Part shown: one piece after another, positions 25,384-35,700 of the stretch
How positions within the stretch are numbered: position 1 is the stretch's first letter
How the letters are laid out: the number at the start of each line of letters is the position of its first letter
Assembly: GCA_017476265.1 (NCBI GenBank)
Contig: JAFVAC010000036.1
Coordinates: 2,345-66,344, forward strand
Length of the DNA stretch: 64,000 nt
Reading direction: 5' to 3'
Origin: Clostridia bacterium
GTDB taxonomy: Bacteria; Bacillota; Clostridia; Christensenellales; DTU072
The notes under the pieces: generated by a model
Seen by the model: only the letters and a program-made list of their open reading frames with translations
Databases searched by the model: none
Told to the model about the DNA's origin: nothing
Translations under genes and position numbers: made by a program

Positions 25384-26145
25384 TTATTCGAGAGGGAGCG
25401 ATGAAAGGTCTTCGTAAAAGACGTCTTTCAAGTACAATCCGTGCGGGGGGAGGGTTTTGCCGCCTTTTTTGCGGTCGCCGGTCAAGAGCATATCTTGTAC
25501 GGCGGTGACGGGGAGTTTGCCGATGCCGATCCAGACGAGGGTTCCGACGGCGATACGGACCATGTTGTACAAAAAGCCGTTGCCGGTGATCTCGAATTCG
25601 ATATCCTCTCCCTCCCGACGGAGCGAGGCGTCGAAGACGGTCCGGACGGTGTTTTTGACGTGACTGCCCGTCGCGGCAAAGGCGGCAAAGTCGTGCGTGC
25701 CGATCAGATCTTTGCACGCTTCCTGCATTTTGTCGAAGTCCACGTCGTCGTAAGAGATCTGCGCGGAAAGAAGATTTTTGACCGGGTGTAGCGTGCGAGA
25801 GACGTACATTTTGTAGAGATAGGTCTTTCTTTTTGCCGAATATTGGGCGTGCAGATCGGAGGGGACCTCTATCGCTTCCAGCACGCGGATGTCGTCCGGC
25901 AGGGTGGTATTGACGGCGTACGCCATCTTTTTGACCGGGAAAAATCCCTCGTAATCGAAGTGCGCCTTTTGCCGCAACGCGTGGACGCCTCGATCGGTCC
26001 GACCGCTGGCGACGAGGACGACTTTCGTCTGCAAGATGAGTCCGAGCTTTTCTTCCAGCACCTGTTGTACGGCGAGAGCGTTCTTTTGTCTCTGCCAGCC
26101 GGCGTAGTTTTTGCCGTAGTATTCGACGGTGATGAGTACGCGCAT
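25384..26145 (-). CDS. truA: tRNA pseudouridine(38-40) synthase TruA
   Basis: MRVLITVEYYGKNYAGWQRQ.., catalytic motif SGRTDRGVHA, and the conserved position after ecfT. Confidence 0.9.
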   Translation of the reverse strand: MRVLITVEYYGKNYAGWQRQKNALAVQQVLEEKLGLILQTKVVLVASGRTDRGVHALRQKAHFDYEGFFPVKKMAYAVNTTLPDDIRVLEAIEVPSDLHAQYSAKRKTYLYKMYVSRTLHPVKNLLSAQISYDDVDFDKMQEACKDLIGTHDFAAFAATGSHVKNTVRTVFDASLRREGEDIEFEITGNGFLYNMVRIAVGTLVWIGIGKLPVTAVQDMLLTGDRKKGGKTLPPHGLYLKDVFYEDLSSLPLE

Positions 26146-26146
26146 C

Positions 26147-26971
26147 CTACAGTACCCCGTTCAAAAGACCGAACAGTCCGAGTCGGAGCAAAATCACCGC
26201 CGTCAAAAAGACCGCCGTCACTATCGCGGCGACAGCGTCTCGCCAAGTCAGAGTCAGTTTTTTCATCTTGGTCCGCTTGTCGGTGGCGTTATAACAGCGG
26301 GCGTCGAGCGCCATTGCCAGTTCGTCCGCACGACGAAACGCGGAGACGAACAGCGGTATCAAGACAGGCAAAAGAGCCTTGGCGCGCTTGATGAGTCCGC
26401 CGTTGTCGAAGGCGGCGCCACGCGCCTTTTGCGCCATCATGATCTTGTCGATCTCTTCGATAAAAGAGGGGATAAAACGCAACGCGATACTCATGATGAT
26501 CGCCACGTCGTGCACCGGGAACTTGATATATTTCAAGGGCGTCATCAGATTCTCCAGTCCGTCGGTCAGATTCATCGGCGTGGTGGTGAGCGTCACAAGA
26601 GACGTCGCAATCACCAAAAAGATCAAACGCATCGCCATCTTGGAGGCGAAGATAAGACCGGCGTCGGTGATCCTGACGATCCACCACCCGAATAAAAGAT
26701 TCCCGTCCGAATAAAAAAGCACGTTGATAATAACGGTGATGAGAACGATAAATAAAACGCCTTTTACCGTCTTCAGGACACTTTTTATCGTGATTCGGGA
26801 CACCAAAACCATCGTTGCAAGAAAAACAAAGCAGGCGAGATAGGAGTAATAATTGGTGCAGAGGAAGATGGCGACGATATAGACGACGCTTGCGATCAGT
26901 TTCGTCCTGGGGTCGAGTTTGTGAATAAAAGACCCGGAGGGATAGTATTGACCGAAGGCGACGTCACGCAT
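26147..26971 (-). CDS. ecfT: Energy-coupling factor transporter transmembrane component EcfT
   Basis: N-terminal GQYYPSGSFIHKLDPRTKL, a polytopic hydrophobic body and a conserved ARG..F region. The start overlaps the ecfA2 stop by 8 nt. Confidence 0.9.
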   Translation of the reverse strand: MRDVAFGQYYPSGSFIHKLDPRTKLIASVVYIVAIFLCTNYYSYLACFVFLATMVLVSRITIKSVLKTVKGVLFIVLITVIINVLFYSDGNLLFGWWIVRITDAGLIFASKMAMRLIFLVIATSLVTLTTTPMNLTDGLENLMTPLKYIKFPVHDVAIIMSIALRFIPSFIEEIDKIMMAQKARGAAFDNGGLIKRAKALLPVLIPLFVSAFRRADELAMALDARCYNATDKRTKMKKLTLTWRDAVAAIVTAVFLTAVILLRLGLFGLLNGVL

Positions 26972-27821
26972 GGGCTTTCCCTCCCAAGTGGGTCAGTAGG
27001 GCTTGAGTCAAGTCCTTTTCCGTCAGGGCGTGCGGGATGGAAAAACCGCGACTCTCCAGCGTCTTGACGACGCGAACCGCGTGGGGGAGGCTCAGCCCGA
27101 GACTCTCGACGTCGTGATGATAAAATAGCTCTTCCGGCGTGGTGTCGTAGAGGAGTTTTCCTCCGCCGAGTACCAGGACTCTTTGGCAGAACTCGGCTAT
27201 CTCGTCCATATTGTGACTGACGGTGATGACGGTCTCCACAAAGGACTGTTTCAGAGAGTCGATGAGGGTGAGCATTTCCCTCTTTCCGGCGGGGTCGAGT
27301 CCGGCGGTGGGCTCGTCCAGGATCAATATTTTCGGACGGTACGCGAGGACTCCCGCAATCGCCACGCGGCGTTTTTGTCCGCCCGACAGGTCGAGTGGGG
27401 ACCGCTCTTTAATGACGTCGTAGTCCAGTCCGACCAGCGTGATCGCTTCTCGCGCCGCCTCTTCCGCCTCTTCTTTGCTCATGCCGAAGTTCTGCGGGCC
27501 GAACTTGACGTCTGCCGCGACCGTATCGGCAAAGAGTTGATACTCCGGGTACTGGAAGAGCATTCCGATGCCTCTTCGCAGAGCCTTATAGTCCGGCTTT
27601 TTTGCCGACAGGTCGATGTCGAGGACGGTCACTTTGCCCGACTTTAGTTTGATAAGCCCGTTGAGATGCTGGATGAGGGTGGACTTGCCGCTCCCGGTAC
27701 AACCGACTATGCCCACGCTCTGTCCCGCCTCTATGCAAAAGCTCACGTCGTCGAGGGCGCGCTTTTCAAAAGGAGTCTTTTCACTGTATACGCAGGAGAG
27801 GTGGTCTACGACAATTTGCAT
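26964..27821 (-). CDS. ecfA2: ECF transporter ATPase component EcfA2
   Basis: I chose ATG 27821 (MQIVVDHLS..); the ORF-track start is 27833. Walker A GCTGSGKST, signature LSGGQKRRVAIAG and Walker B ILILDEPT. Confidence 0.88.
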   Translation of the reverse strand: MQIVVDHLSCVYSEKTPFEKRALDDVSFCIEAGQSVGIVGCTGSGKSTLIQHLNGLIKLKSGKVTVLDIDLSAKKPDYKALRRGIGMLFQYPEYQLFADTVAADVKFGPQNFGMSKEEAEEAAREAITLVGLDYDVIKERSPLDLSGGQKRRVAIAGVLAYRPKILILDEPTAGLDPAGKREMLTLIDSLKQSFVETVITVSHNMDEIAEFCQRVLVLGGGKLLYDTTPEELFYHHDVESLGLSLPHAVRVVKTLESRGFSIPHALTEKDLTQALLTHLGGKAHA

Positions 27822-28642
27822 ATTGCCTCGCAAAGTTCTTCGTCGGTCAGACAGAGGGGGACGTCGTAGCCCGCGGCGGACAGGTCCGCGCTAACCGAAG
27901 TGGCTACGGGGAGCTCCAGTTTGGTCGCTCGGATCGTATCGGTCTCGGAAAAGACCTCCCGCGGAGTGCCGCGCAGGATGCAGCGACCTTTGTCGAAGAC
28001 GAACACGCGGTCGGCGCCGACGGCTTCGTCCATATAGTGCGTGATCAGGATCACCGTCACCCCGTCTTCCCGATTGAGACGACGGACGACGTCGAGGACC
28101 TCGCGTCGCCCTTCGGGATCCAGCATGGCGGTGCTTTCGTCCAGGATGAGGACGGAGGGGCGCATGGCGAGGATGGCGGCGATGGCGACCCGTTGCTTCT
28201 GCCCGCCGGAGAGTTTGTGCGGGGTGCGGGTGCGGTACTCGGTCATGTTGACGGCATTGAGGGCGGCGTCCACGCGCTGAATGATCTCTTCCCGAGGGAC
28301 GCCGAGATTTTCGGGACCGAACGCCACGTCGTCCTCTATGATGGAGGCGACCATCTGATTGTCGGGGTTCTGGAAGACCATCCCGACTTTACTTCGGATG
28401 TCATACACGCGCTGTTCGTCCTTGGTGTCCACACCGTCCACGAATATTTCTCCCTCGTCCGGCAAGAGAAAGCCGTTCAGGAGTTTGGCAAAGGTGGATT
28501 TGCCGCTGCCGTTGTGTCCGAGGATCACGCAAAACTCCCCCCGATTGACGTCGAGGGAAAGATCCTGTACTCCGACGGTGACTTCGTCGCCGTTTTTGTA
28601 GGAGTAAGAGACGTTTCGTGCGGTAATGAGCGGTGTTTCCAT
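27806..28642 (-). CDS. ecfA1: ECF transporter ATPase component EcfA1
   Basis: Walker A GHNGSGKST, signature LSGGQKQRVAIA and Walker B VLILDEST. ATG 28642 or TTG 28648 could be the start, and no clear Shine-Dalgarno sequence is seen. Confidence 0.88.
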   Translation of the reverse strand: METPLITARNVSYSYKNGDEVTVGVQDLSLDVNRGEFCVILGHNGSGKSTFAKLLNGFLLPDEGEIFVDGVDTKDEQRVYDIRSKVGMVFQNPDNQMVASIIEDDVAFGPENLGVPREEIIQRVDAALNAVNMTEYRTRTPHKLSGGQKQRVAIAAILAMRPSVLILDESTAMLDPEGRREVLDVVRRLNREDGVTVILITHYMDEAVGADRVFVFDKGRCILRGTPREVFSETDTIRATKLELPVATSVSADLSAAGYDVPLCLTDEELCEAICKLS

Positions 28643-28749
28643 ACGCAACAGTTTAGCACAGCGAAGAGAGAAAAAGCAACTTTTTGACAGGGTAACGCGC
28701 GCAATAATTGTGCGTGAGAGGATTTTGGCGGCAAGAACGGACTTTTTAC

Positions 28750-28778
28750 TTTACAAAAGAGCGATTTTAGCGGATAAT
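28750..28778 (+). promoter_or_regulatory. Sigma-A type promoter candidate
   Basis: TTTACA (28750-28755), a 17-nt spacer, then GATAAT (28773-28778). Confidence 0.45.
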
Positions 28779-28794
28779 AGAGTTCGAGGTGACT

Positions 28795-29124
28795 ATGGAT
28801 CCGATACTGATTGCCGTCGTCGTGGTGTTGTGCCAGTACCCGCTGGCGATTCTGACTTTGATAAAAATGTTCCGTTGCGATCTGGACAGAGCAGCAATGC
28901 TCGTCTGGAATTTCGCCATCATTTTGCTCCCCTTTATCGGGGCGGGCGCCTTTTGGATCTATTACCTATCCGGCAAAAAGCGAATCGAAAAAAACGCGTC
29001 GGACAAGCGTACCACCCGATCGATACAGGCGCGGAAACAAGAAGAGGAGAACGTTCGAGAACCGACAGAAGAGGGACCCGAAACGGAAACAAAGGGAACC
29101 GAAAGCGACGATTCCAAAGAATAA
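28795..29124 (+). CDS. Small membrane protein, PLDc_N (cardiolipin-synthase N-terminal)-like, with a charged tail
   Basis: GAGG lies 5 nt upstream of ATG 28795; the ORF is also open from GTG 28789. Two TM helices (ILIAVVVVLCQYPLAILTL and WNFAIILLPFIGAGAFWIYYL) are followed by a Lys/Glu-rich tail. Confidence 0.7.
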   Translation: MDPILIAVVVVLCQYPLAILTLIKMFRCDLDRAAMLVWNFAIILLPFIGAGAFWIYYLSGKKRIEKNASDKRTTRSIQARKQEEENVREPTEEGPETETKGTESDDSKE

Positions 29125-29143
29125 TTTAAACAACAAAAACGAA

Positions 29144-29163
29144 GCGCCGAAAGGCGCATTTTT
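29144..29163 (+). terminator. Weak terminator candidate
   Basis: GCGCC-gaaa-GGCGC followed by ATTTTT. Confidence 0.4.
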
Positions 29164-29230
29164 AGAGTTGAATTATGCGTAATTCGTAATGCGTAATTAG
29201 AGGCGTCGGCGAATGCCGTCATATCCTGTA

Positions 29231-29617
29231 CGTTCCTTTCTTAGCGTAAAGAAAGGAACCGAAAAAACGGCAGGGGCACTATCGTCATGGTGCAATTTGC
29301 CCAAAGGGCAAACTGACGAGGGAAAACAAAAACCAAAAACAGTATTGACTTATACGCATAGACCAAACCCGAACATATAATCGGTAAATACGAGTGGCGA
29401 AGTCGAAACATCCCCGGGGATCCTTCCACGCGCTCGTTACACTTGCTTGGTCAGGATGACGGTCGAAATAGCACCCATCACGTTTCAGGGCTCTGCCCTA
29501 AATACCCGATTAGGGGATTTTGCCGTCCAATAGAGGATTGGACGGAGTAAAGTTGAGAGAGGGCTATCGCTCCAAACCCTCTTTCAAACTCTCTCCCATT
29601 CCTCATAATTTTCCCCC
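29231..29617 (-). repeat. Dispersed hairpin-rich repeat, copy 3 (long form, module at 29290-29398)
   Basis: Reverse complement of copy 1. The module differs from copy 1 at 1 of 109 nt, while the arms differ at roughly one position in ten by my manual alignment. The copy ends 58 nt before the -35 of the giant-gene promoter. Confidence 0.8.
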
Positions 29618-29674
29618 TTTGTCTGTAACAAACTTTGGGCGAAGCGATAATTGACCATATCCGAAAATTGACTA

Positions 29675-29703
29675 TTGACACGCGAGCGGGTTTGTACTAT
29701 AAT
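29675..29703 (+). promoter_or_regulatory. Consensus sigma-A type promoter candidate for the giant-gene pair
   Basis: TTGACA (29675-29680), a 17-nt spacer, then TATAAT (29698-29703). GGAGG lies upstream of ATG 29755. Confidence 0.55.
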
Positions 29704-29754
29704 ATATTTACTAATATATATACGAGCGCGCATACACTCGTGCGGAGGTAGGGT

Positions 29755-32700
29755 ATGAAAAACATCGGACGGAAGAAGATATTGAGGGCGGTACTGCTCT
29801 TTGCGGCGATAGCGGTGGCTATCGTCTCTTTGGCGGCGTGTACCCTTTCCGATCCCGATACCTCCACGAAATTTCTGATCGTCAACAACGAAGAAAACCG
29901 TCCCAACATCGACACTACGACCCGCGATGAGGCGATTGACACCGTCACCGACGGACTGGAAGCATTGCGCGTCTATCTCGACAATCCCGACGTCGCCAAT
30001 ACCGGTTACTATATGGGGTTGGAATTCAACATCAACACCAAAGACACGAGGACCAACGTCCTCACCAACTTCCGCCTCAAGGTCCAGGCGCATCTGTTTA
30101 CTTACAAGTACATTGACGACGACGGGAACCCCATTTACAAGTACCACGACAAGCGCGACGGTAAGTATTACGACGTGCAGAACGCCGAAGGCACGCGCGA
30201 GTTGGTGAGCGCCGAGTCCATTCACAACGAGGTCATCAAAAAGAGCGACGTCCTCGTGGAGTGGTACGACGGCATCAACAACGAGATGCTCATCGGTCTT
30301 TATTACGACGGACTGAACGGCAACAGCGAAGACCCCGGCAACGTGATGTATCTCAATATCCAAGGCTACAAGAGGTCCTTCCAGGACTGGGGCGACACCG
30401 TCCTGTATCAACAGTTGATACGTCTTTTGATGAACCTGTCCATCGACAAACTCCTCGTTGCCGCCAACATCCAGGGCGACAGCGGTACTTCGACGCTGCG
30501 ACAGGTCTTCGAACTGCTCGTCACCGACAACTATAAGACCGTCTTAAACGGCGACGTGACCAGCACCCTGTTTTACGATATGAACGCGACCGCTATCGCG
30601 GAGACGTTGACCAACTTTATCCAAGGCGTCTTCCGTACTTTCCGTAACGACCAGACCAACGAGTACCCGCTGGACCCGTTCACCAACAAGTACCTCGGCT
30701 TCAAGTTCTCGGTCATGGGCGCCGCCGTCCTCAACGCCATCGCGACGGACATGCAGTTCTTTACCGAGCCCGACCCGACCGACGGGACCAGCGAGATACT
30801 GACCGGCGCGCACCTCTTCTTCGACGGAGCGGCGACCTCTTTGCGTAACAACTACGACTACGTCTCCGACGCCACTTTCGAGTACGGCGCGTATCCGCCC
30901 GAGGACATTCCTCTCGACAGACTCTTCTATACCCCGTACGAATACGGCAAGTACGAGTTCACCGGGAATCTGTACATCCCGCTCATCAACGCCAACTACG
31001 ACGCCCTCATCCGTACCAATCTGACGCAGTTCTATAACTACGAAAACAACATCTTCATGGAGTACCGCGACATCGCCAACGGCGAATTGATGATCGGCGC
31101 GTACTACCGAGGCGACATTGCGGCGAGCCCCGACGTAGACAGGATCAACGTCCACGACGAGCTGGTCCACGACAAGCAGGGGCGGACCTTCCTCGATATC
31201 TCCGGTATGGAATATCTGTACGGGTGGATCGACCTGAATCAACTTGGCTTCCCGAAAGTCTACGACGAACACATCAATATGGCGGACCAGATGGAGTCGT
31301 TCTATCGCGGCGTCAACAACGGCATCGTCAGTATCGTGGACAGCATCCTGAGTCCGGACAAAAACGACAAAGAGAACATGCTCATGACTTACCTGATGCG
31401 TAAGATGAGCAAGACGGAAAAGGTCGAAGGCGACATCTTCAGCCGCAACACGGAGACTTTGCTCGTCGATATGGAACTCATCAAGCAGTTCTTGCGGGAG
31501 ACGGGCGTGGGCGACTATACGACCAGACAGGTCATCAACATCCTCGACTCCATGATGCCCTACACGATGGACCAGATCGCCATCATGCTCGGCGTAGCCA
31601 ATGCGGAGATCATGTTGGACAACACCTACTTCACTTTCCGCTGGGACGTGGACACGCAAGAGATTCGTATCTGCATGTACACCAACGTCAATCGTACCGA
31701 GGAAGAGGGGTCTTTGTTGATCTTCCAGTTGGACCTCGTCCCCGTCATCGTCGGTGAACAGGTCAACATCGCCGACCTCAATTTCGACAACTTCAATCCG
31801 CTCGAGCAGATCTATACGTACTCCGCCACGATGAACGGGAACTTCATCTTCTCCACGGCGGAGACGGTGGACTTGTCAAAACTGCTCAGTGCGACCATCG
31901 GTGAAAATTCCGGTCTCAATACGCCGTATCAACTGGCGCAGAACGCCGGTATCACTTTCCGACTCATTTACGACCAGTTCGTGACCGATCACGAGGTGGA
32001 AGGGGTGATGCGGTACCAGGGCAGGAGCGCGTTCGAGCTCAACGTCTGGCTGACGGGCGCGGAGTCCAGCGTCATCATTCGTCTCGCCTCCGACGACGTC
32101 GCCTTCAACAACGACGTCTACAAAGAACAACCGCAACGCGCGGACGAGTTGGGCTACGTCTGGGTCAGTATCGAGTGCGTCACCGACAACGGCATCCAGC
32201 GCGTCCCCAAAGTGAAGATCCGCGAGGATATCTTCATGAGTTCCATGCAGGCGTATATGAACGGTACCAAGATCTCCGACAATGCCGCCGACTTAGGCAA
32301 CTCCGAGATCAACCTCTCCATCACCAGTATCCTGTTCGCCCTCGTGGAGGACAGCTACGTCGTCATGGAGCCGGAGCAGATGGAGATCACTTCCAGCAAC
32401 GAGACTTTGCAGAACCTCTTCCGCGTCAAGGGCTTGATCGGCAATATCCGCACCGACGCCGGGTTCACGCACCGCGTCTCCGGTCTGCAATCGGTCAAAA
32501 ACGATTACGGGATGTATCAAGTGGGGCAGTTCGAGAATTTGGAAGGTAACAGCCCCTATGACACGGCTCTGCATCAGACCATACCGGTCTACTTCTACGA
32601 GGACTACGTCAACTACCACTTCATCAAGCAATACGAGGACACTTTCGACTCCTTCAAGCCGAACAAGACTTCGGAGGGGCTGGACGGGTACAATTTAGGG

Positions 32701-35700
32701 AACCGCCCCAACACGTACACCTGGGAGATGTCCCGCGGCGCGTCGGGAGAGACCGAACGGCAGAGACTGTACGGCGTGTACGACGCCATAAACGACCCCG
32801 ACAAAAAGCTCACCGCGCTCTATACGGCGGACAACGGCGCCGGCGTGGTCAACAACGTTTTCGCTTCGTTGATGCCGGAGGACTTCGATATAAGAGCCTT
32901 CTTGACCATCGACGGGCAGAATAGTCTGGTGATGAGCAACAAGGTCCTCTATGGACAGAGCTACGTCAAGACCGACGAGGTCGTCATCGAGGCGGGGACC
33001 TATTACAAGATCACCTTCAAAGCCAAGACCCTCCTCGCCGACAACGTGAACGCGCAGTTCCGGTTCTTGCTCCAAGGGGAGGACGAGACGCTCTCGACCC
33101 TTACTTCGCTCAACGTCAACACTTCGGGCGACGGTAGCCTGTACGAGGCGAAGGAATACACCGTCTACGTCTACAATCCGTACGCCGACTTCTTCAAAGC
33201 CAAGTGGTCCTTCGTCTTGGGAGACGCCGCCGGCAGAAGCGCCATTACCGATACCGGGCTGGTCCTCGGTATGATGGTCGTGGACGACGTGATTTTCGCT
33301 TCGGTGGACGAGGAAGAGTTCGCCGCGGCGCGGGAGATCCACGACGCGCTTGACCGCGAGGGACAGCGCGCGGCTTCCACGAGGGTCTATACCTACTCGG
33401 TAGACAACGGCGTCCCGGCGCAAAAACTCGACTTTTACGATCCGCTCAAATACGACCTGCGCGTAGACCGCGAGACGGGTATGATCCGCGTGTACGAAAA
33501 GGGCGGTCGGGTCTCGATCTATCGGGAGAACATAGAATACGCAGCGGACTCCTTCTTCAATCAGGAGGACGCCAACAACCAGGACATCTCCAAAGTCCGC
33601 TTCCGGATCGAGTCTCTGCCTTTCGTGTACAGGAACGGCGATCGCTACTGCTATCTCGACTATGAGGGAGAAGAGGTCGTCATCGGCGAAAATTACGTCC
33701 GCACCGAGGCGTCGCAGACCTACGTCTACTTCCTTGGCGTGCAAAAACGCGTAGAGCATCTCGGCGGCGCGGAGTACTGCTGGTACGACGGGGACAAAGC
33801 CGTATTGGACGGAAACGGCGACTTTGTCACCTTCTATACCCAAGTCAACAGGAAGTTCTTATTCGAGTACGACCCGGCGAGCATAGAGATCACCGAGCAG
33901 TGCAAGACGCAGTATGCGCCGCGTATCAACGGTAGCTTTATGGGCGTCATCCGTCGGTACATTCTTGTCTTCACGTCTCCTCTGCCTGTCGAGCGCGGCA
34001 AATTGATCGAGTTGTACGACAGGAATTTTTATAGCGAGGAGGACGAAAACCACTCCATTCAGATGTACGACGAGGACGGCGTGCCCATCGGAGAGCCCAT
34101 TCCCGACCCCATCGTGCTGTACGTTATGGAGCCGTGCGAGCCTTTGACCGAAGAGGCGGCGGTGACCATTCAGGTCAACAACAACTACGAGTACTACGTC
34201 CTGACCGCTCGATTCGAGATCGATTGGGAAGCGGTCACGCTCAAGGGCTATATGGAAGTGACCGAAGTCACCATCGCCCCGGGCATGATGGGCGAGCAGA
34301 CCTTCCCGGTGCGTATCATCGTCACCAACCGCGAGACCATATCGCTCGATACCGTCGGCGTATATCTGTATGAGACGGACTACCTGTCCGAAGAGGTCCC
34401 TGTCGTAGACGTGATCGAAATCGATCCGTACGACTATATCATCGCCAAAAACGACTACTTTATGGACGTCGGCAACTACAACCCCGATCAGTACGCGTCG
34501 AGCGGAGAGGACCCGGAGTATCTGCGCCGGTACCGCGAGAAGGAAGCGGAGTTCGTCAAGCAATATTTCTCCACCTACGTCTTTAATATCCGCTTCGATT
34601 ACACCAACAGCTACCTGTACAAAAACGACGTCAAAGAGGAGTACATAGCCGTCTCTTACGTCAACACCGAGGACGGTCATATCGTGCCCTACGATTGGGC
34701 TTTCGACGCCTACTCGGAGGGGAACTATACCGAAGATAAGATCAAGGCGGTCGCCGACGGCGACGCCACCCACACCGCGCTGTATCTGCACACCTATTTC
34801 AAGGGGCAGTTGATCGCGCTGCAAGTCAACGTGGGGACGAGAAAACTCTCCCATATCAAGTTCTCGCAGGACGACGACTTCGATCCGACCGTCGCCAACC
34901 CGGGCAAACAACCCGGCGATCAGGGTTATATTTACGGACACTATATCGCCAACTATTTCGACGCGGACAGCTATACCGTCCCGCTCAATCCCATCTTCGT
35001 CTTCACCGACGGCGCGGGACACTACTACGAAAAGGTCTTCGATATGCCCTTTATCGCGGAGCTCGCCGACAACGGCAGTTACGTCATAGAAGATTCTTTC
35101 GGACTGAGCTGGGGCAATCCGGTTATCACCTACATCGGCGCCAACGGCTCCTACTACTACAAGGAAGTCTGGTGTGAAGAGCCGGTGGAAAAAGAATTGA
35201 CCAACGCCAAGATCTTCGTCGAGTACTGCGACGACGACGTGATCGGCAAGATCGGCGACGGCGCGGAGGAGATATCGAATCATACCGACGCGGAGATCGA
35301 CTCCGCCATCCTCGACTTGACCGACGCCGCGGCGGAAAAGTATGCCGCGCTCTTATCCGACTTCGCTTCGCCGAGCGGCTCCTATCCCTTGACGGAAGGG
35401 GAGGTCGGATACGAACACTATCAAGCGTTCTTTGCCGCGATCAAAGCGCTCTTTGACGGGAGCAATCACCGCGTGTCCACCCTGCCGGAGTACGGAGAGA
35501 CGGACGGCGTCCTCCTCGGACTGACCTCTTCCTTTACGCTGTTGCCGGCGGCGGACGACTATAGCTACGATCAGTGGCTGACGGTGGCGTCCCGACTCTT
35601 CGGGTGCGACGACGTAGCGACTTTCCAAACCGCTCTTGCCGAAGTGGTCTCTCGCCTGTCGGCGGAATCCCCGATCAACAGGTTCGCGTTCGACGGGGCG

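Noticed and set aside
26129-26714. Plus-strand ORFs overlapping ecfT/ecfA (26129-26695, 27183-27647, 28037-28687 and others).
   Set aside because: They are antisense to clearly identifiable ECF transporter genes and carry no motifs.
29175-29198. Short duplication ATGCGTAATT..ATGCGTAATT.
   Set aside because: It has two copies of 10 nt only, which is too short to distinguish from chance. It is noted only as context for repeat copy 3.
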